The notes beneath the pieces were generated by a model, which saw only the letters and a list, made by a program, of their open reading frames with translations, made no database searches and was not told the origin of the DNA. Below are positions 11,740 through 20,272 of a stretch of DNA of 35,061 nt, one piece after another. A program made the translations under genes and the position numbers. This stretch comes from a virus, in IMG/VR virus record IMGVR_UViG_3300029188_000076, positions 1-35,061 of that record, one strand, 5' to 3'. How positions within the stretch are numbered: position 1 is the first letter of the stretch; each line of letters starts with the position of its first letter.

Positions 11740-12567
11740 GTGGGGCGCCAGCTTAAACAAGGGTTGGACTATCTCACACTGGATGTTGATTTCTTTGAAA
11801 GCGTAAAGGTCCGGAAGATAAAAAAGGACTGTGGCAATCAATCAATACCGATACTGATCGCGTTGCTCTGTAATATTTTTCGAGAAGAGGGGTATTACGT
11901 GAAATACGATAACGATCTGGCATTCCTCATAGCTGAGCAATTCGGCGTGAGCGAGGGTGCAGTAGAGGATACCGTTCGAAAGGCGGTTTCAGTTGAGTTT
12001 TTTGACAGCCACATGTTTCAGAATTACGGAATTCTCACTTCACACGGTATTCAGCAGCGCTACTTTGATGCAGTAGCCCGTCTGAAAAGAAAGTCGGTGA
12101 AGGTCACGGGGGATTTTCTATGCAAAAATATTTCCCCTGGAATAAATACCGATTTCCTCCGTGATAAATCGAATAACCTCTGGAATAAATCCGACAAGGT
12201 AGAGGAAGAGGTAGAGGAAGAGGTAGAGGAAGAGGTAGAGGACAAAGCGTCTTCTCCGAAAACTGAAATCACCAAAGCATTTTCTTCCTCTTCTCCCGGA
12301 CTGGAGAAATCAATCAAAAAGTGGATGGACATGAGGAAACAGAGGAAAGCTTCTGTATCACCGACGGCTCTTAAAAAGAACCTGACACAACTCAAGAAGT
12401 TATCAAACGGGAATATAGAGGACGCCACTCTCATTGTAGAGCAGTCAATTGAAAATCAATGGCTCGGGTTCTGGCCGCTCAAAAGACCGAAGCAGAAAAA
12501 AGCGGGAGGAAGCTATGGACATATCGCCTCTCCGAAAGAATGGAAAGGCATCAAAGACGGGTGGTGA
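11740..12567 (+). CDS. Replisome organiser / DUF4373 (Lin1244-type) N-terminal domain replication protein
   Basis: GTG start after aaaggggg. The pattern is LDYLTLDVDFFESVKVRKIKK...GILTSHGIQQRYF. It lies upstream of a DnaC-like loader and contains an internal 12-bp repeat array. Confidence 0.6.
   Translation: MGRQLKQGLDYLTLDVDFFESVKVRKIKKDCGNQSIPILIALLCNIFREEGYYVKYDNDLAFLIAEQFGVSEGAVEDTVRKAVSVEFFDSHMFQNYGILTSHGIQQRYFDAVARLKRKSVKVTGDFLCKNISPGINTDFLRDKSNNLWNKSDKVEEEVEEEVEEEVEDKASSPKTEITKAFSSSSPGLEKSIKKWMDMRKQRKASVSPTALKKNLTQLKKLSNGNIEDATLIVEQSIENQWLGFWPLKRPKQKKAGGSYGHIASPKEWKGIKDGW
12199..12243 (+). repeat. Tandem 12-bp repeat (GTAGAGGAAGAG x 3.75), iteron-like, in frame as (VEEE)n
   Basis: Three exact units (12199-12234) plus a partial fourth (GTAGAGGAC). 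Confidence 0.9.
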
Positions 12568-12569
12568 CA

Positions 12570-13271
12570 ATGGAACGAATCGGACAGGATATGGATGCTC
12601 TCCAGAAAAAAATGGAGACATTTATCAAAAACAATGGACGCTTAAATGAGCAAAATCCAAAAACGGAAGCGGAAGAGGCGGCAGAAGAAAGAAAAAAATG
12701 GACGAATAGGCTGTATAAAGCCGGAATAGGCAGGCGGTACCATGCTTGCACGTTTCAGAACATTGAAAGAAAAGGATTACCGGATTCCAAGCTGCTGAAA
12801 AGCCATTATGCCATCGCGAAAGATTACGCTAAGAATTTCAAGGTACACAAGGCAAAAGGGCAGGGGCTTATCTTCGCCGGACCGGTAGGACGTATGAAGA
12901 CCACGATGGCGGTCGCCATAGCGCAGGAGATCATGAAAGATTATAACCGGGCGTATTTCATCACGATGCCGGAATTGATGGACAGCCTTCTGCAGAATAA
13001 TCTTTCACAAGAGGTGAGAACACGCACAAAAGAAACGGACTTACTGATTCTTGATGACATGGGAGCGGAGTATCAAAATGACTGGGTACTGAACGCGGTC
13101 GATGCAATTATATCGAAGAGATACAACGAACTCCTGCCGGTAATTATTACGACGAATAAGACACCGGAAGAGATGAATCAGAGGTATATGGCACGGATTT
13201 TTGACAGGTTGAAGCATGCGAACAGGTTGCTTATAGAAGCAGGAGAAAGCCTGCGAAAAAATGAGGTTTGA
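12570..13271 (+). CDS. DnaC/IstB-like helicase-loader ATPase
   Basis: P-loop is GPVGRMKTT, Walker B is LLILDDMGAE, and a VIITTN sensor motif is present. The start is taken at ATG 12570, just after the upstream stop. Confidence 0.75.
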   Translation: MERIGQDMDALQKKMETFIKNNGRLNEQNPKTEAEEAAEERKKWTNRLYKAGIGRRYHACTFQNIERKGLPDSKLLKSHYAIAKDYAKNFKVHKAKGQGLIFAGPVGRMKTTMAVAIAQEIMKDYNRAYFITMPELMDSLLQNNLSQEVRTRTKETDLLILDDMGAEYQNDWVLNAVDAIISKRYNELLPVIITTNKTPEEMNQRYMARIFDRLKHANRLLIEAGESLRKNEV

Positions 13272-13289
13272 GAAAGGAGAGATTGATAC

Positions 13290-13505
13290 ATGGGAAATAA
13301 TCGATTTATGGTTGTGTCAGAAGAAAAGGATATCATCGCAATGAATCCGTCCTACGTTGAGCAGAAAGGGAAAAATCTTATCATCTACATGCCCGGGACG
13401 TACAAACAGCTTGAGCTGGAATACGAAACGGAAGAAGAGGCGAGAAGCGTTTTTGACGATATAAGGAAGGCTTATGAATCCGGGAGAATAGACGTTTATA
13501 TCTGA
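13290..13505 (+). CDS. Hypothetical protein (71 aa)
   Basis: ORF with RBS aaaggagag. Confidence 0.5.
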   Translation: MGNNRFMVVSEEKDIIAMNPSYVEQKGKNLIIYMPGTYKQLELEYETEEEARSVFDDIRKAYESGRIDVYI

Positions 13506-13522
13506 TCTAAGGGGTGATAGCA

Positions 13523-13660
13523 ATGAATACGGTGATAGATGTAGCAAGCGTTGTAGTGTTTATTGTCTTGATTATGTACACGGCTATCAAGCTTGACAAA
13601 GCGGCAAGAAAGCTGCGCGATGAGGAAGAGCGGATTTACGGAGGGAGGCACGAAAAATGA
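13523..13660 (+). CDS. Small single-TM peptide (45 aa)
   Basis: ATG after aaggggtga. It encodes VIDVASVVVFIVLIMYTAI followed by a charged tail. The ORF is below the ORF-track cutoff. Confidence 0.4.
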   Translation: MNTVIDVASVVVFIVLIMYTAIKLDKAARKLRDEEERIYGGRHEK

Positions 13661-13711
13661 ACAACCTGATCACCATCGTTGCCACTTTTGGCAACGAGAG
13701 AGGAGCATGAA

Positions 13712-13852
13712 GTGAAACTTTACAGTGACAGAGGGGATAAATATTATCTTTTCGGACAGTTTGAACTATATCTGATGCTCATACAGTGCGTTATTATCGG
13801 AATATTAGCAGCGCTGACATACGTTTTGATTCGATTAGGCGGTGGAGTATGA
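13712..13852 (+). CDS. Small single-TM peptide (46 aa, GTG start)
   Basis: GTG after gagaggag. It encodes LYLMLIQCVIIGILAALTYVLI. Its stop overlaps the rusA ATG (GTATGA). Confidence 0.3.
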   Translation: MKLYSDRGDKYYLFGQFELYLMLIQCVIIGILAALTYVLIRLGGGV

Positions 13853-14211
13853 AGCTCATAATACCCGGGCGCCTTCCCTGCATGAATGACTTGATTGCTG
13901 CCAACCGGCTGAATAAGTACGCCGGAGCGGGTGTGAAGAAGAAAACGCAGAGGCAGATTATTCTGATATTGCAGCCGCAGGTAAAAGAGCGGAAGTTTAC
14001 CGAAAAAGTGAATATCCGTATCGAATATTACGAAAAGGATATGCGCCGGGATGAAGATAATGTGATGAGCGCGGCAAAGTTTATACTTGATGCGCTGCAG
14101 GATATAGGGCTTATCCAAAACGACAGCAGGAAATATGTGCACTTGACGCAGGAAGTATTTACCGATCGGGATAATCCGAGAATTGAGATAGAGGTGGAGA
14201 GAGCCGACTAA
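13849..14211 (+). CDS. rusA: RusA-family Holliday junction resolvase
   Basis: MKLIIPGRLPCMNDL...RRDEDNVMSAAKFILDALQDIGLIQNDS matches the RusA catalytic Asp cluster pattern. Confidence 0.8.
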   Translation: MKLIIPGRLPCMNDLIAANRLNKYAGAGVKKKTQRQIILILQPQVKERKFTEKVNIRIEYYEKDMRRDEDNVMSAAKFILDALQDIGLIQNDSRKYVHLTQEVFTDRDNPRIEIEVERAD

Positions 14212-14400
14212 ATGAGAATGACATTCATAGACTTCTTTGCCGGCATTGGCGGGTTTCATAGCGGATTTGAAAAAGCAGGATGTAATTCCGTTGATGAAAC
14301 AAAGATTGATGAAAGCTGGACGAAAGAGGATATTGAAGAAGCCGCAAGCGACATATTTTTTAATCAATGCAATTATTCTTATGAGGTTGTAGACGAATAG
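14212..14400 (+). pseudogene. Truncated remnant of a C5-cytosine DNA methyltransferase (motif I only)
   Basis: TFIDFFAGIGGFHSGFEKAG is the AdoMet-binding motif I (F-x-G-x-G) of Dcm-type enzymes. The ORF is only 62 aa and lacks the PC catalytic motif IV and all later motifs. Confidence 0.6.
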
Positions 14401-14416
14401 AGGATGGTAGATTGAA

Positions 14417-14617
14417 ATGGATAAAATTGGCATAGTAGATGGGGAATTGTATTTTTATATCCATCGTGATGGAAGGATAAGCAAGGCGAGATATTTTAGA
14501 GATCTGACGTTTGATTGTCTTAACCGTTGTGCTGGGAATTGTTTTAGAACGGAGGAATCAGCAAGAATGCATAGAGAGGAAATACTGAAAATGCTAAAAG
14601 GAGAAGATGATGAATAA
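14417..14617 (+). CDS. Hypothetical protein (66 aa)
   Basis: ORF in the operon context. Confidence 0.45.
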   Translation: MDKIGIVDGELYFYIHRDGRISKARYFRDLTFDCLNRCAGNCFRTEESARMHREEILKMLKGEDDE

Positions 14618-15149
14618 CGGAATGCGACCAGGCATTTTTCATAATCCAGATCCGACTTATGAAAAAACGAAGACAAATTTGAATCGTGAATCTAAGCGGG
14701 TACGCTGTGAAGTTGAAGCGTTTTTTGAAGAAATTCGGCGCTGCAGGAAGCATATTGATTCTCTTAATCAGTACCGCCTGCAGTACGAAATGGATCTGTT
14801 CTCACTCAAAGGCTGTAGATATGATAAGGAGCCGGTAGACGGCGGCGTGTCTTCCGATTTGTCAGATATCGTCATTGCTTTTGAGCAGAAGATGGCACAA
14901 GCAGAAGAACTGCGGATAAAAGAGCTCAACAGGTATGGAGATATGATTACAAGAGGGTTCAGGCTGCTTGCTTTGCTTTCCGACCCAGAGCAAAAGTCGA
15001 TTATGATTGACCGGTATTTTATGAATATACTTTGGGAGAAAATATCGCTGGATCATCATTTTGACAGGAGTACATGTATGAGAATGAGAGACCGGGCGAT
15101 TCAAGAAATTTCACGAAAAACACAAGTTGCGACTAAATGCGACTTTTAA
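14607..15149 (+). CDS. Sigma-70 region-4-like late transcription regulator (ArpU/RinA/DUF1492-like)
   Basis: The C-terminal LSDPEQKSIMIDRYFMNILWEKISLDHHFDRSTCMRMRDRAIQEI resembles an ECF-sigma region 4 HTH. The gene sits immediately upstream of terS. Confidence 0.5.
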   Translation: MMNNGMRPGIFHNPDPTYEKTKTNLNRESKRVRCEVEAFFEEIRRCRKHIDSLNQYRLQYEMDLFSLKGCRYDKEPVDGGVSSDLSDIVIAFEQKMAQAEELRIKELNRYGDMITRGFRLLALLSDPEQKSIMIDRYFMNILWEKISLDHHFDRSTCMRMRDRAIQEISRKTQVATKCDF

Positions 15150-15152
15150 ATG

Positions 15153-15161
15153 TGGTATTAT
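15153..15161 (+). promoter_or_regulatory. Possible extended -10 element TGgTATTAT
   Basis: It lies 4 nt after the regulator stop, with no convincing -35. The first six bases (TGGTAT) match the promoter at 1435. Confidence 0.25.
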
Positions 15162-15201
15162 GATAGTGTAAAAGTTCAGGAATTCCTCCCTGAAATAAGA
15201 A

Positions 15202-15240
15202 AGCACGTACTTCGGTCATGGGTGCGTGCTTTTTGTTTGT
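15202..15240 (+). terminator. Strong rho-independent terminator immediately upstream of terS
   Basis: A 9-bp stem AGCACGTAC/GTGCGTGCT (one G-U pair, valid on the + strand) is followed by TTTTGTTTGT. Only about 23 nt remain before the terS start. Confidence 0.7.
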
Positions 15241-15263
15241 TTATCTAAAAGGTGGTGATTGCT

Positions 15264-15725
15264 GTGGGCGCAAAAGGCAAGTATGCAAAGTGGCTTCTTC
15301 CGGATAATCTTTTGCGCTTGCAGGCATGGGCGCGAGACGGATTAAGTAATGAGCAGATTGCACATAATATCGGAATTAATCAAGATACATTGTACACATG
15401 GATTAAGAAGTACCCCGAATTTTCCGAGGCTTTATCGCGCGGAAAAGAAGTTGTGGATATTGAAGTAGAGAATGCGCTTTTAAAAAGAGCCAAAGGATAT
15501 GACTATATAGAGACTACATCGGAGCTGATTGCGGATAAAAACGCAAGAAATAAAGCAGTGATGAAAGTAACTAAGCGTGTGACGCGGCATGTACCGCCGG
15601 ACGTAAAAGCTATTGTATTCTGGCTGACGAACCGAAAACCGGAATGGCGCGACAAGCAGGAGAAAGAATTATCTGGCAACATCGGGATTAATTTGGTGGT
15701 AGATGATGACATTGCAGACGATTAA
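15264..15725 (+). CDS. terS: Terminase small subunit (HTH type)
   Basis: LSNEQIAHNIGINQDTLYTWIKKYPEFSEAL...ENALLKRAKGY. The start is GTG 15264 after aaaggtggtga (ORF open from 15252). The 3' end overlaps terL. Confidence 0.75.
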   Translation: MGAKGKYAKWLLPDNLLRLQAWARDGLSNEQIAHNIGINQDTLYTWIKKYPEFSEALSRGKEVVDIEVENALLKRAKGYDYIETTSELIADKNARNKAVMKVTKRVTRHVPPDVKAIVFWLTNRKPEWRDKQEKELSGNIGINLVVDDDIADD

Positions 15726-17064
15726 TCTTGTCAATGACATTATTCATCCGACGCCGAAACAGCGTGAATTTATGCGGACGGTCAAAGATAATACATACAT
15801 CTTGTATGGTGGTGCTGCAGGCGGCGGGAAATCGTATATTTTGCGCTGGGAACTGGTTTATCTCCTGATCATCTGGTACAAGCATCTGAAATTAAAAGGT
15901 ATTCGCGTCGGGCTGTTTTGCGAAGACTACCCGGCACTGCGGGATAGACAGTTGTCAAAGATAAAAATGGAGTTCCCGGACTGGCTCGGCAGTTACAAAG
16001 AAGCGACTCATGAATTTACGCTGAATCCGGCATTCGGCAGTGGAGTGATATGTTTCCGCAACTTAGATAATCCGTCAAAGTATTTATCGTCCGAGTTTGC
16101 GGCCATCGCAATTGATGAATTGACGCTGAATGAGCAGACTGTCTTTGATTTTTTACGTATGCGTCTGCGTTGGGTCGGTGTTGAGGATCCTAAGCTGATT
16201 GCCGGAACGAACCCTGGTGGCAAAGGACACATGTGGGTTAGAAGCTTATTCATTGACCGTAATATACCGCCGGAAATGCAAGATTTTGCGAATAAAATTG
16301 CTTTCGTTCAGGCGCGGATAGATGATAATCCGTATTTACCGGCGGGCTATTCCGATGCACTGGATACATTGCCGGATAAACTCCGGAAAGCATATCGCGA
16401 AGGCGACTGGAATATATTCGAAGGGCAGGTTTTTGAAGAGTTCAGGACGGATATACACGTTGTTGAACCGTTTGGAATCCCACAAAGCTGGCAGCGTGGA
16501 CGATCGATGGACTGGGGATACAGCAAGCCGTATGCAATCTACGAATATGCAGTCGATTATGACGGTGTTGTCTATGTAATTAACGAATGGTACGGCTGCA
16601 AGCCGGGAACGGTCAACACGGGTACGCAGGAAACAGCGCGGGAAGTCGCGCAGAAGATTAAACATTTGGGCAGTGAGTTCGGTATTGCAGATCCGGCAAT
16701 TTGGCAGAAAACAGGTCATGACGGGCCGTCAATCGCAGAAGTGTTCACAGCGGAAGGCGTGCCGTGGTATCCGGCGGATAATGATAGATTGGCCGGGAAA
16801 ATGCAGGTGCACTTACGGCTGAAAGAACGAAAGCTCAAGATATTCAAAACGTGTTATCACTTGATACGGACGCTGCCGGCTCTGACGTACGATAAACACA
16901 AGGTTGAAGATGTAGATACACAGCAAGAAGACCATAGTTACGACAGCGTCAGATATTACCTGATGAGCCGTCCGATTCAGCCGGTAAAAGCAGAAAAGCC
17001 ATTCAATGATGGATACAGATATGAAGATGAGGAAGGGGATGAACCGACGGCATGGGGCGTGTAA
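15703..17064 (+). CDS. terL: Terminase large subunit
   Basis: Walker A is YGGAAGGGKS and Walker B-like is IAIDELT. The C-terminal nuclease region includes ADPA and DHSYDSVRYYL. Confidence 0.9.
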   Translation: MMTLQTINLVNDIIHPTPKQREFMRTVKDNTYILYGGAAGGGKSYILRWELVYLLIIWYKHLKLKGIRVGLFCEDYPALRDRQLSKIKMEFPDWLGSYKEATHEFTLNPAFGSGVICFRNLDNPSKYLSSEFAAIAIDELTLNEQTVFDFLRMRLRWVGVEDPKLIAGTNPGGKGHMWVRSLFIDRNIPPEMQDFANKIAFVQARIDDNPYLPAGYSDALDTLPDKLRKAYREGDWNIFEGQVFEEFRTDIHVVEPFGIPQSWQRGRSMDWGYSKPYAIYEYAVDYDGVVYVINEWYGCKPGTVNTGTQETAREVAQKIKHLGSEFGIADPAIWQKTGHDGPSIAEVFTAEGVPWYPADNDRLAGKMQVHLRLKERKLKIFKTCYHLIRTLPALTYDKHKVEDVDTQQEDHSYDSVRYYLMSRPIQPVKAEKPFNDGYRYEDEEGDEPTAWGV

Positions 17065-17255
17065 TGAGCGACAGAGCGCTTAGAGATTACGCTTATAGAG
17101 TGCTCAAATCAGAGTACGGTGAACATATGGAGAACGGGATTTTAATTCCGGCAAAGAAAAGCGATGAAGAGCTGGCGGCGTTCGCAGCGCAGATGCCAGA
17201 ATGGCAGCTTAGGCAGATGTATGGAATGATGTTTGAAGGAGAACTTGTCGAATGA
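17064..17255 (+). CDS. Hypothetical protein (63 aa)
   Basis: The ATG overlaps the terL stop (TAATG). It lies between terL and the portal gene. Confidence 0.5.
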   Translation: MSDRALRDYAYRVLKSEYGEHMENGILIPAKKSDEELAAFAAQMPEWQLRQMYGMMFEGELVE

Positions 17256-19213
17256 GTTTTGATTTATCTGAAGCGCGGAATAATGTAAAAAAGGCACTGC
17301 AGCTAACCAGTGAATGGCGCAAAAGCGCGAAAGAAGATTATGATTTCATGCGCGGTAAACAGTGGACAGACGCGGATTTGAAAGTAATGAAACAGAAATC
17401 TCGTCCGGTCATTACAATTAACCGGATACGTCCGGTTATTAATCTTCTTTCCGGCTATGCAGCGCAGAATGAAACGGAGCCGGATTTTCTGCCGCGCTCG
17501 GAAGAAGATGACCGGGTAGCACGTGTGGCCAAGGGTATTACAAAGTACACTTTTGACAAGACGAATTATCAGAGCGTTAAGAAAAAAGCGTTCAAAGACG
17601 CGGTGATATGCGGTGTCGGAAATTACTGGGTCAGTTATGAATTTGATTACGCCCGGATGGATGGTCGGATACAGATCAAAAACGTCAGCCCGTTCGATGT
17701 ATTTGTGGATCCGGAGTGCAAAGAAGATGATTTGTCCGATGCTTTTTACTGCGGCCGGTATAGTTGGGAAAATCCGGAGAAGTTAAAACAGGTTTATCCG
17801 GATAAAGCGGATGAAATCACCATGATTGCGCACAAGTACGACGACAGCGAATTGGAAACGGTTAATACGGAGCCGCTCTGGTATTCGCGGGATTTAAAGA
17901 AATTAAGGGTCGTTCAATATTGGTACAAAGAGTACACGCGGAAGAAAATTTTCTCTGCAGATGGAATGATCGTCGATGAATCGCAGCCGGATTTATATTC
18001 GGCTTTTTTAATGTCCGGAGCGGAACCGGAAGAAATCTCGGTTACGAAAATCAGATATGCGACGTTTTGTGGAGAAGTGCTGCTTGAAGATGGCGAAAGT
18101 CCATACAAACACAATCAATTCCCACTTGTGCGGCAGTATTGCTACTTATCCGGTTACGGCGAGGACTTAGATGACGGATTGGAACCGGCGGGCATTGTGC
18201 GGGATCTAAAAGACGCACAGCGCGAACTCAACAAGAACCGCAGTCAGCGCATGCATATCGTCAATCAGCAGTCGCTCGGTGTCCGGTTCTGGACTGGACC
18301 GCAGTTTGATGAAAAAGAAAAACGGGAAATTCGGAATCTGTCTACAACGCCGGGCGCTAATATTTTCTTAAAGCCGGGCGTGACATTTACCGATGGGCTT
18401 CCATCGGCACAATCCGTCAATAATATAGAACTCGAAAACCGCTCAAGCAGTGATTTCTACACGATTTCAGGCATTACTCCGGAGAGCCTGTCCGGCAGTA
18501 TTGGGGCGATGAGCGGCAAGGCAATTGATCTTCGTCAGTCGGTTACCACGGTGCAGACGGCTGAAATATTCGATAAAGCCAAAGAGGCGGAACTGCAGAT
18601 TGTAAAACTCTTATGGGGAGACACCTACGCACCGGGATTGATTCCGCAGTTTTATAACAAAGACAAGGTTATGCGGATCCTCGGCGAAGACGGCAAAAAA
18701 GAGTTTGTGCGGATACAGCCGGGGTTAGGTCAAGCCATTCAGGAACAGCAAGCGGTAGATCAGAACGGTATGCTAGTAACAGATGAAAACGGCGACCCGG
18801 TTATGAAAGTACTGTATGATTTGTCCGCTTTTGATTTCGACATTGTGATCACAACATCGCAGGCAAGCGCTACCGCACGGCGGGCGAATCTGTATCAGCT
18901 GCTTGAAGCAAAGAAAGCGGGCGTCGATATTCCGATGGATATTATTCTTGATTTCATGGATTTCCCGGAAAAGGAAACTGTCAAGAAGCGTATGCAGCAG
19001 GCTTCCGAACAGCCGAAAATGCCGGACTTTAAAGTCAACGCAAGTATTGAGGATTTACCGGCGGAAGCACTGTCAACGGCGCTGCAGTCTATCGGCGTGA
19101 ATATTCCGCCGCAGCAGATTATGCAGGAAAGATTAGCACTGAAAGGGCGTGCAATCGCTCCGCCGGTGCAACCGCAAATTCCGATACAACAACCACAGCT
19201 ATTAGGGCAGTAA
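17252..19213 (+). CDS. Portal protein
   Basis: 653 aa, directly after the terminase. The N-terminal pattern is WRKSAKEDYDFMRGKQWTDADLK...SRPVITINRIRPVINLLSGY. Confidence 0.8.
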   Translation: MSFDLSEARNNVKKALQLTSEWRKSAKEDYDFMRGKQWTDADLKVMKQKSRPVITINRIRPVINLLSGYAAQNETEPDFLPRSEEDDRVARVAKGITKYTFDKTNYQSVKKKAFKDAVICGVGNYWVSYEFDYARMDGRIQIKNVSPFDVFVDPECKEDDLSDAFYCGRYSWENPEKLKQVYPDKADEITMIAHKYDDSELETVNTEPLWYSRDLKKLRVVQYWYKEYTRKKIFSADGMIVDESQPDLYSAFLMSGAEPEEISVTKIRYATFCGEVLLEDGESPYKHNQFPLVRQYCYLSGYGEDLDDGLEPAGIVRDLKDAQRELNKNRSQRMHIVNQQSLGVRFWTGPQFDEKEKREIRNLSTTPGANIFLKPGVTFTDGLPSAQSVNNIELENRSSSDFYTISGITPESLSGSIGAMSGKAIDLRQSVTTVQTAEIFDKAKEAELQIVKLLWGDTYAPGLIPQFYNKDKVMRILGEDGKKEFVRIQPGLGQAIQEQQAVDQNGMLVTDENGDPVMKVLYDLSAFDFDIVITTSQASATARRANLYQLLEAKKAGVDIPMDIILDFMDFPEKETVKKRMQQASEQPKMPDFKVNASIEDLPAEALSTALQSIGVNIPPQQIMQERLALKGRAIAPPVQPQIPIQQPQLLGQ

Positions 19214-19337
19214 TGCCTTGATATATCGTCCTAAGCAACGACGTTAAAAGGCTTTTTTCTTTCGTCCGAAAAGAGACGGTAAACTACAAAAAATCATTCG
19301 ACCGCCGACGTCGTTAAACCGGCAGAAGGAGATAATT

Positions 19338-20246
19338 ATGGAGAATGAAGCAATGCTTAACGCAGAAGATTTAGGGTTTGATGCAGAAGATTTGAAAGAG
19401 GCAGGTCTTGATAATCAGGAACCGGCAACTCCGGCGGGTAAAGCACCGGCAAAAGAACCAGAAGACAATCTGGCAGGTGGGCAGACGAAAACTGAACCTA
19501 ATCCAGAATCGGAACCTAAAATGGAAGTCGAACCAAAAGAACCGGAAGACAATCCGGCAGGTGGCGATTTAAAGAAAGCGCTGGCAGAAGAACGGGCTCG
19601 CAGGAAAGCGGCCGAAGAAGCGGCTAATACTTTGCGTTCACAGATGAGCATGTCACAGAAACCGGTATTATCTCCGGAAGATTTGAATCAAATTAAGAGT
19701 TATGCGCAGCAGGAAGCCGCACGTCGGCTCAAGATTGACGACGCGTCTGATTTGATGTTTACAGATGCACAAAAGTATCAGGAACTGCTTCATGAACAGG
19801 CACGGATTGAATATCAGATGACGCGCCAGCAAGAAGAGGCACAGGCTGTATATCAGCAAAATGTAGCGTTTATTGGAGAGCTTAGGGCTATTCCGAATAT
19901 CAGCGAATTATGGCAGAAAGGCGCTGAAATGCTGGACGGCATGACGCGAAAAGACGCCGCCCCGATTGATGCAGCATTTGCGCGACTGGATCAGGGGATA
20001 GGTACGAGTGAAGATTTCAAAATTATTCGTGATTTCGCCGAAAAGGTAAAATCGTCGATGACTGCGCCTGCACAAAATCCGCTCGAAACGGCTAAAACAC
20101 TGCCGAAAGCAAGCGCGTTAAACGGCGGCGCTCCGACCGGCGCGAAACTGTCTGAGGAAGAAATCCTCAAGTATGTAGAAGAAGGTCGTGAAAACGAGCT
20201 TCCGGCGGAAATTAGAAAGCAGATTGATGACCTCTGCGGTGATTAA
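19338..20246 (+). CDS. Scaffolding protein
   Basis: Located between the portal and capsid genes. It is acidic and helical and contains an internal KEPEDN(L/P)AGG duplication (19452-19480 and 19536-19564). Confidence 0.65.
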   Translation: MENEAMLNAEDLGFDAEDLKEAGLDNQEPATPAGKAPAKEPEDNLAGGQTKTEPNPESEPKMEVEPKEPEDNPAGGDLKKALAEERARRKAAEEAANTLRSQMSMSQKPVLSPEDLNQIKSYAQQEAARRLKIDDASDLMFTDAQKYQELLHEQARIEYQMTRQQEEAQAVYQQNVAFIGELRAIPNISELWQKGAEMLDGMTRKDAAPIDAAFARLDQGIGTSEDFKIIRDFAEKVKSSMTAPAQNPLETAKTLPKASALNGGAPTGAKLSEEEILKYVEEGRENELPAEIRKQIDDLCGD

Positions 20247-20272
20247 TTATTTTACAAAAAGGAGAATGAAAT

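Noticed and set aside
12199-12243. Possible CRISPR-like or minisatellite array
   Set aside because: The units are contiguous 12-mers with no spacers and lie in frame inside a gene. This is consistent with iterons or an acidic linker, not CRISPR.
13744-14433. 229-aa ORF on the minus strand
   Set aside because: It is antisense to rusA and the methyltransferase stump, both of which have clear family motifs on the + strand. Its translation is an Ile/Phe/Leu-rich string with no RBS or recognisable motif. It is most likely a shadow ORF.
19214-19337. 124-nt portal-scaffold gap with imperfect repeats (AACGACGTTAAAAGGC / CGACGTCGTTAAACCGGC)
   Set aside because: I could not build a convincing helix, promoter or terminator from it. 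The repeats are short and imperfect. It is left unassigned.
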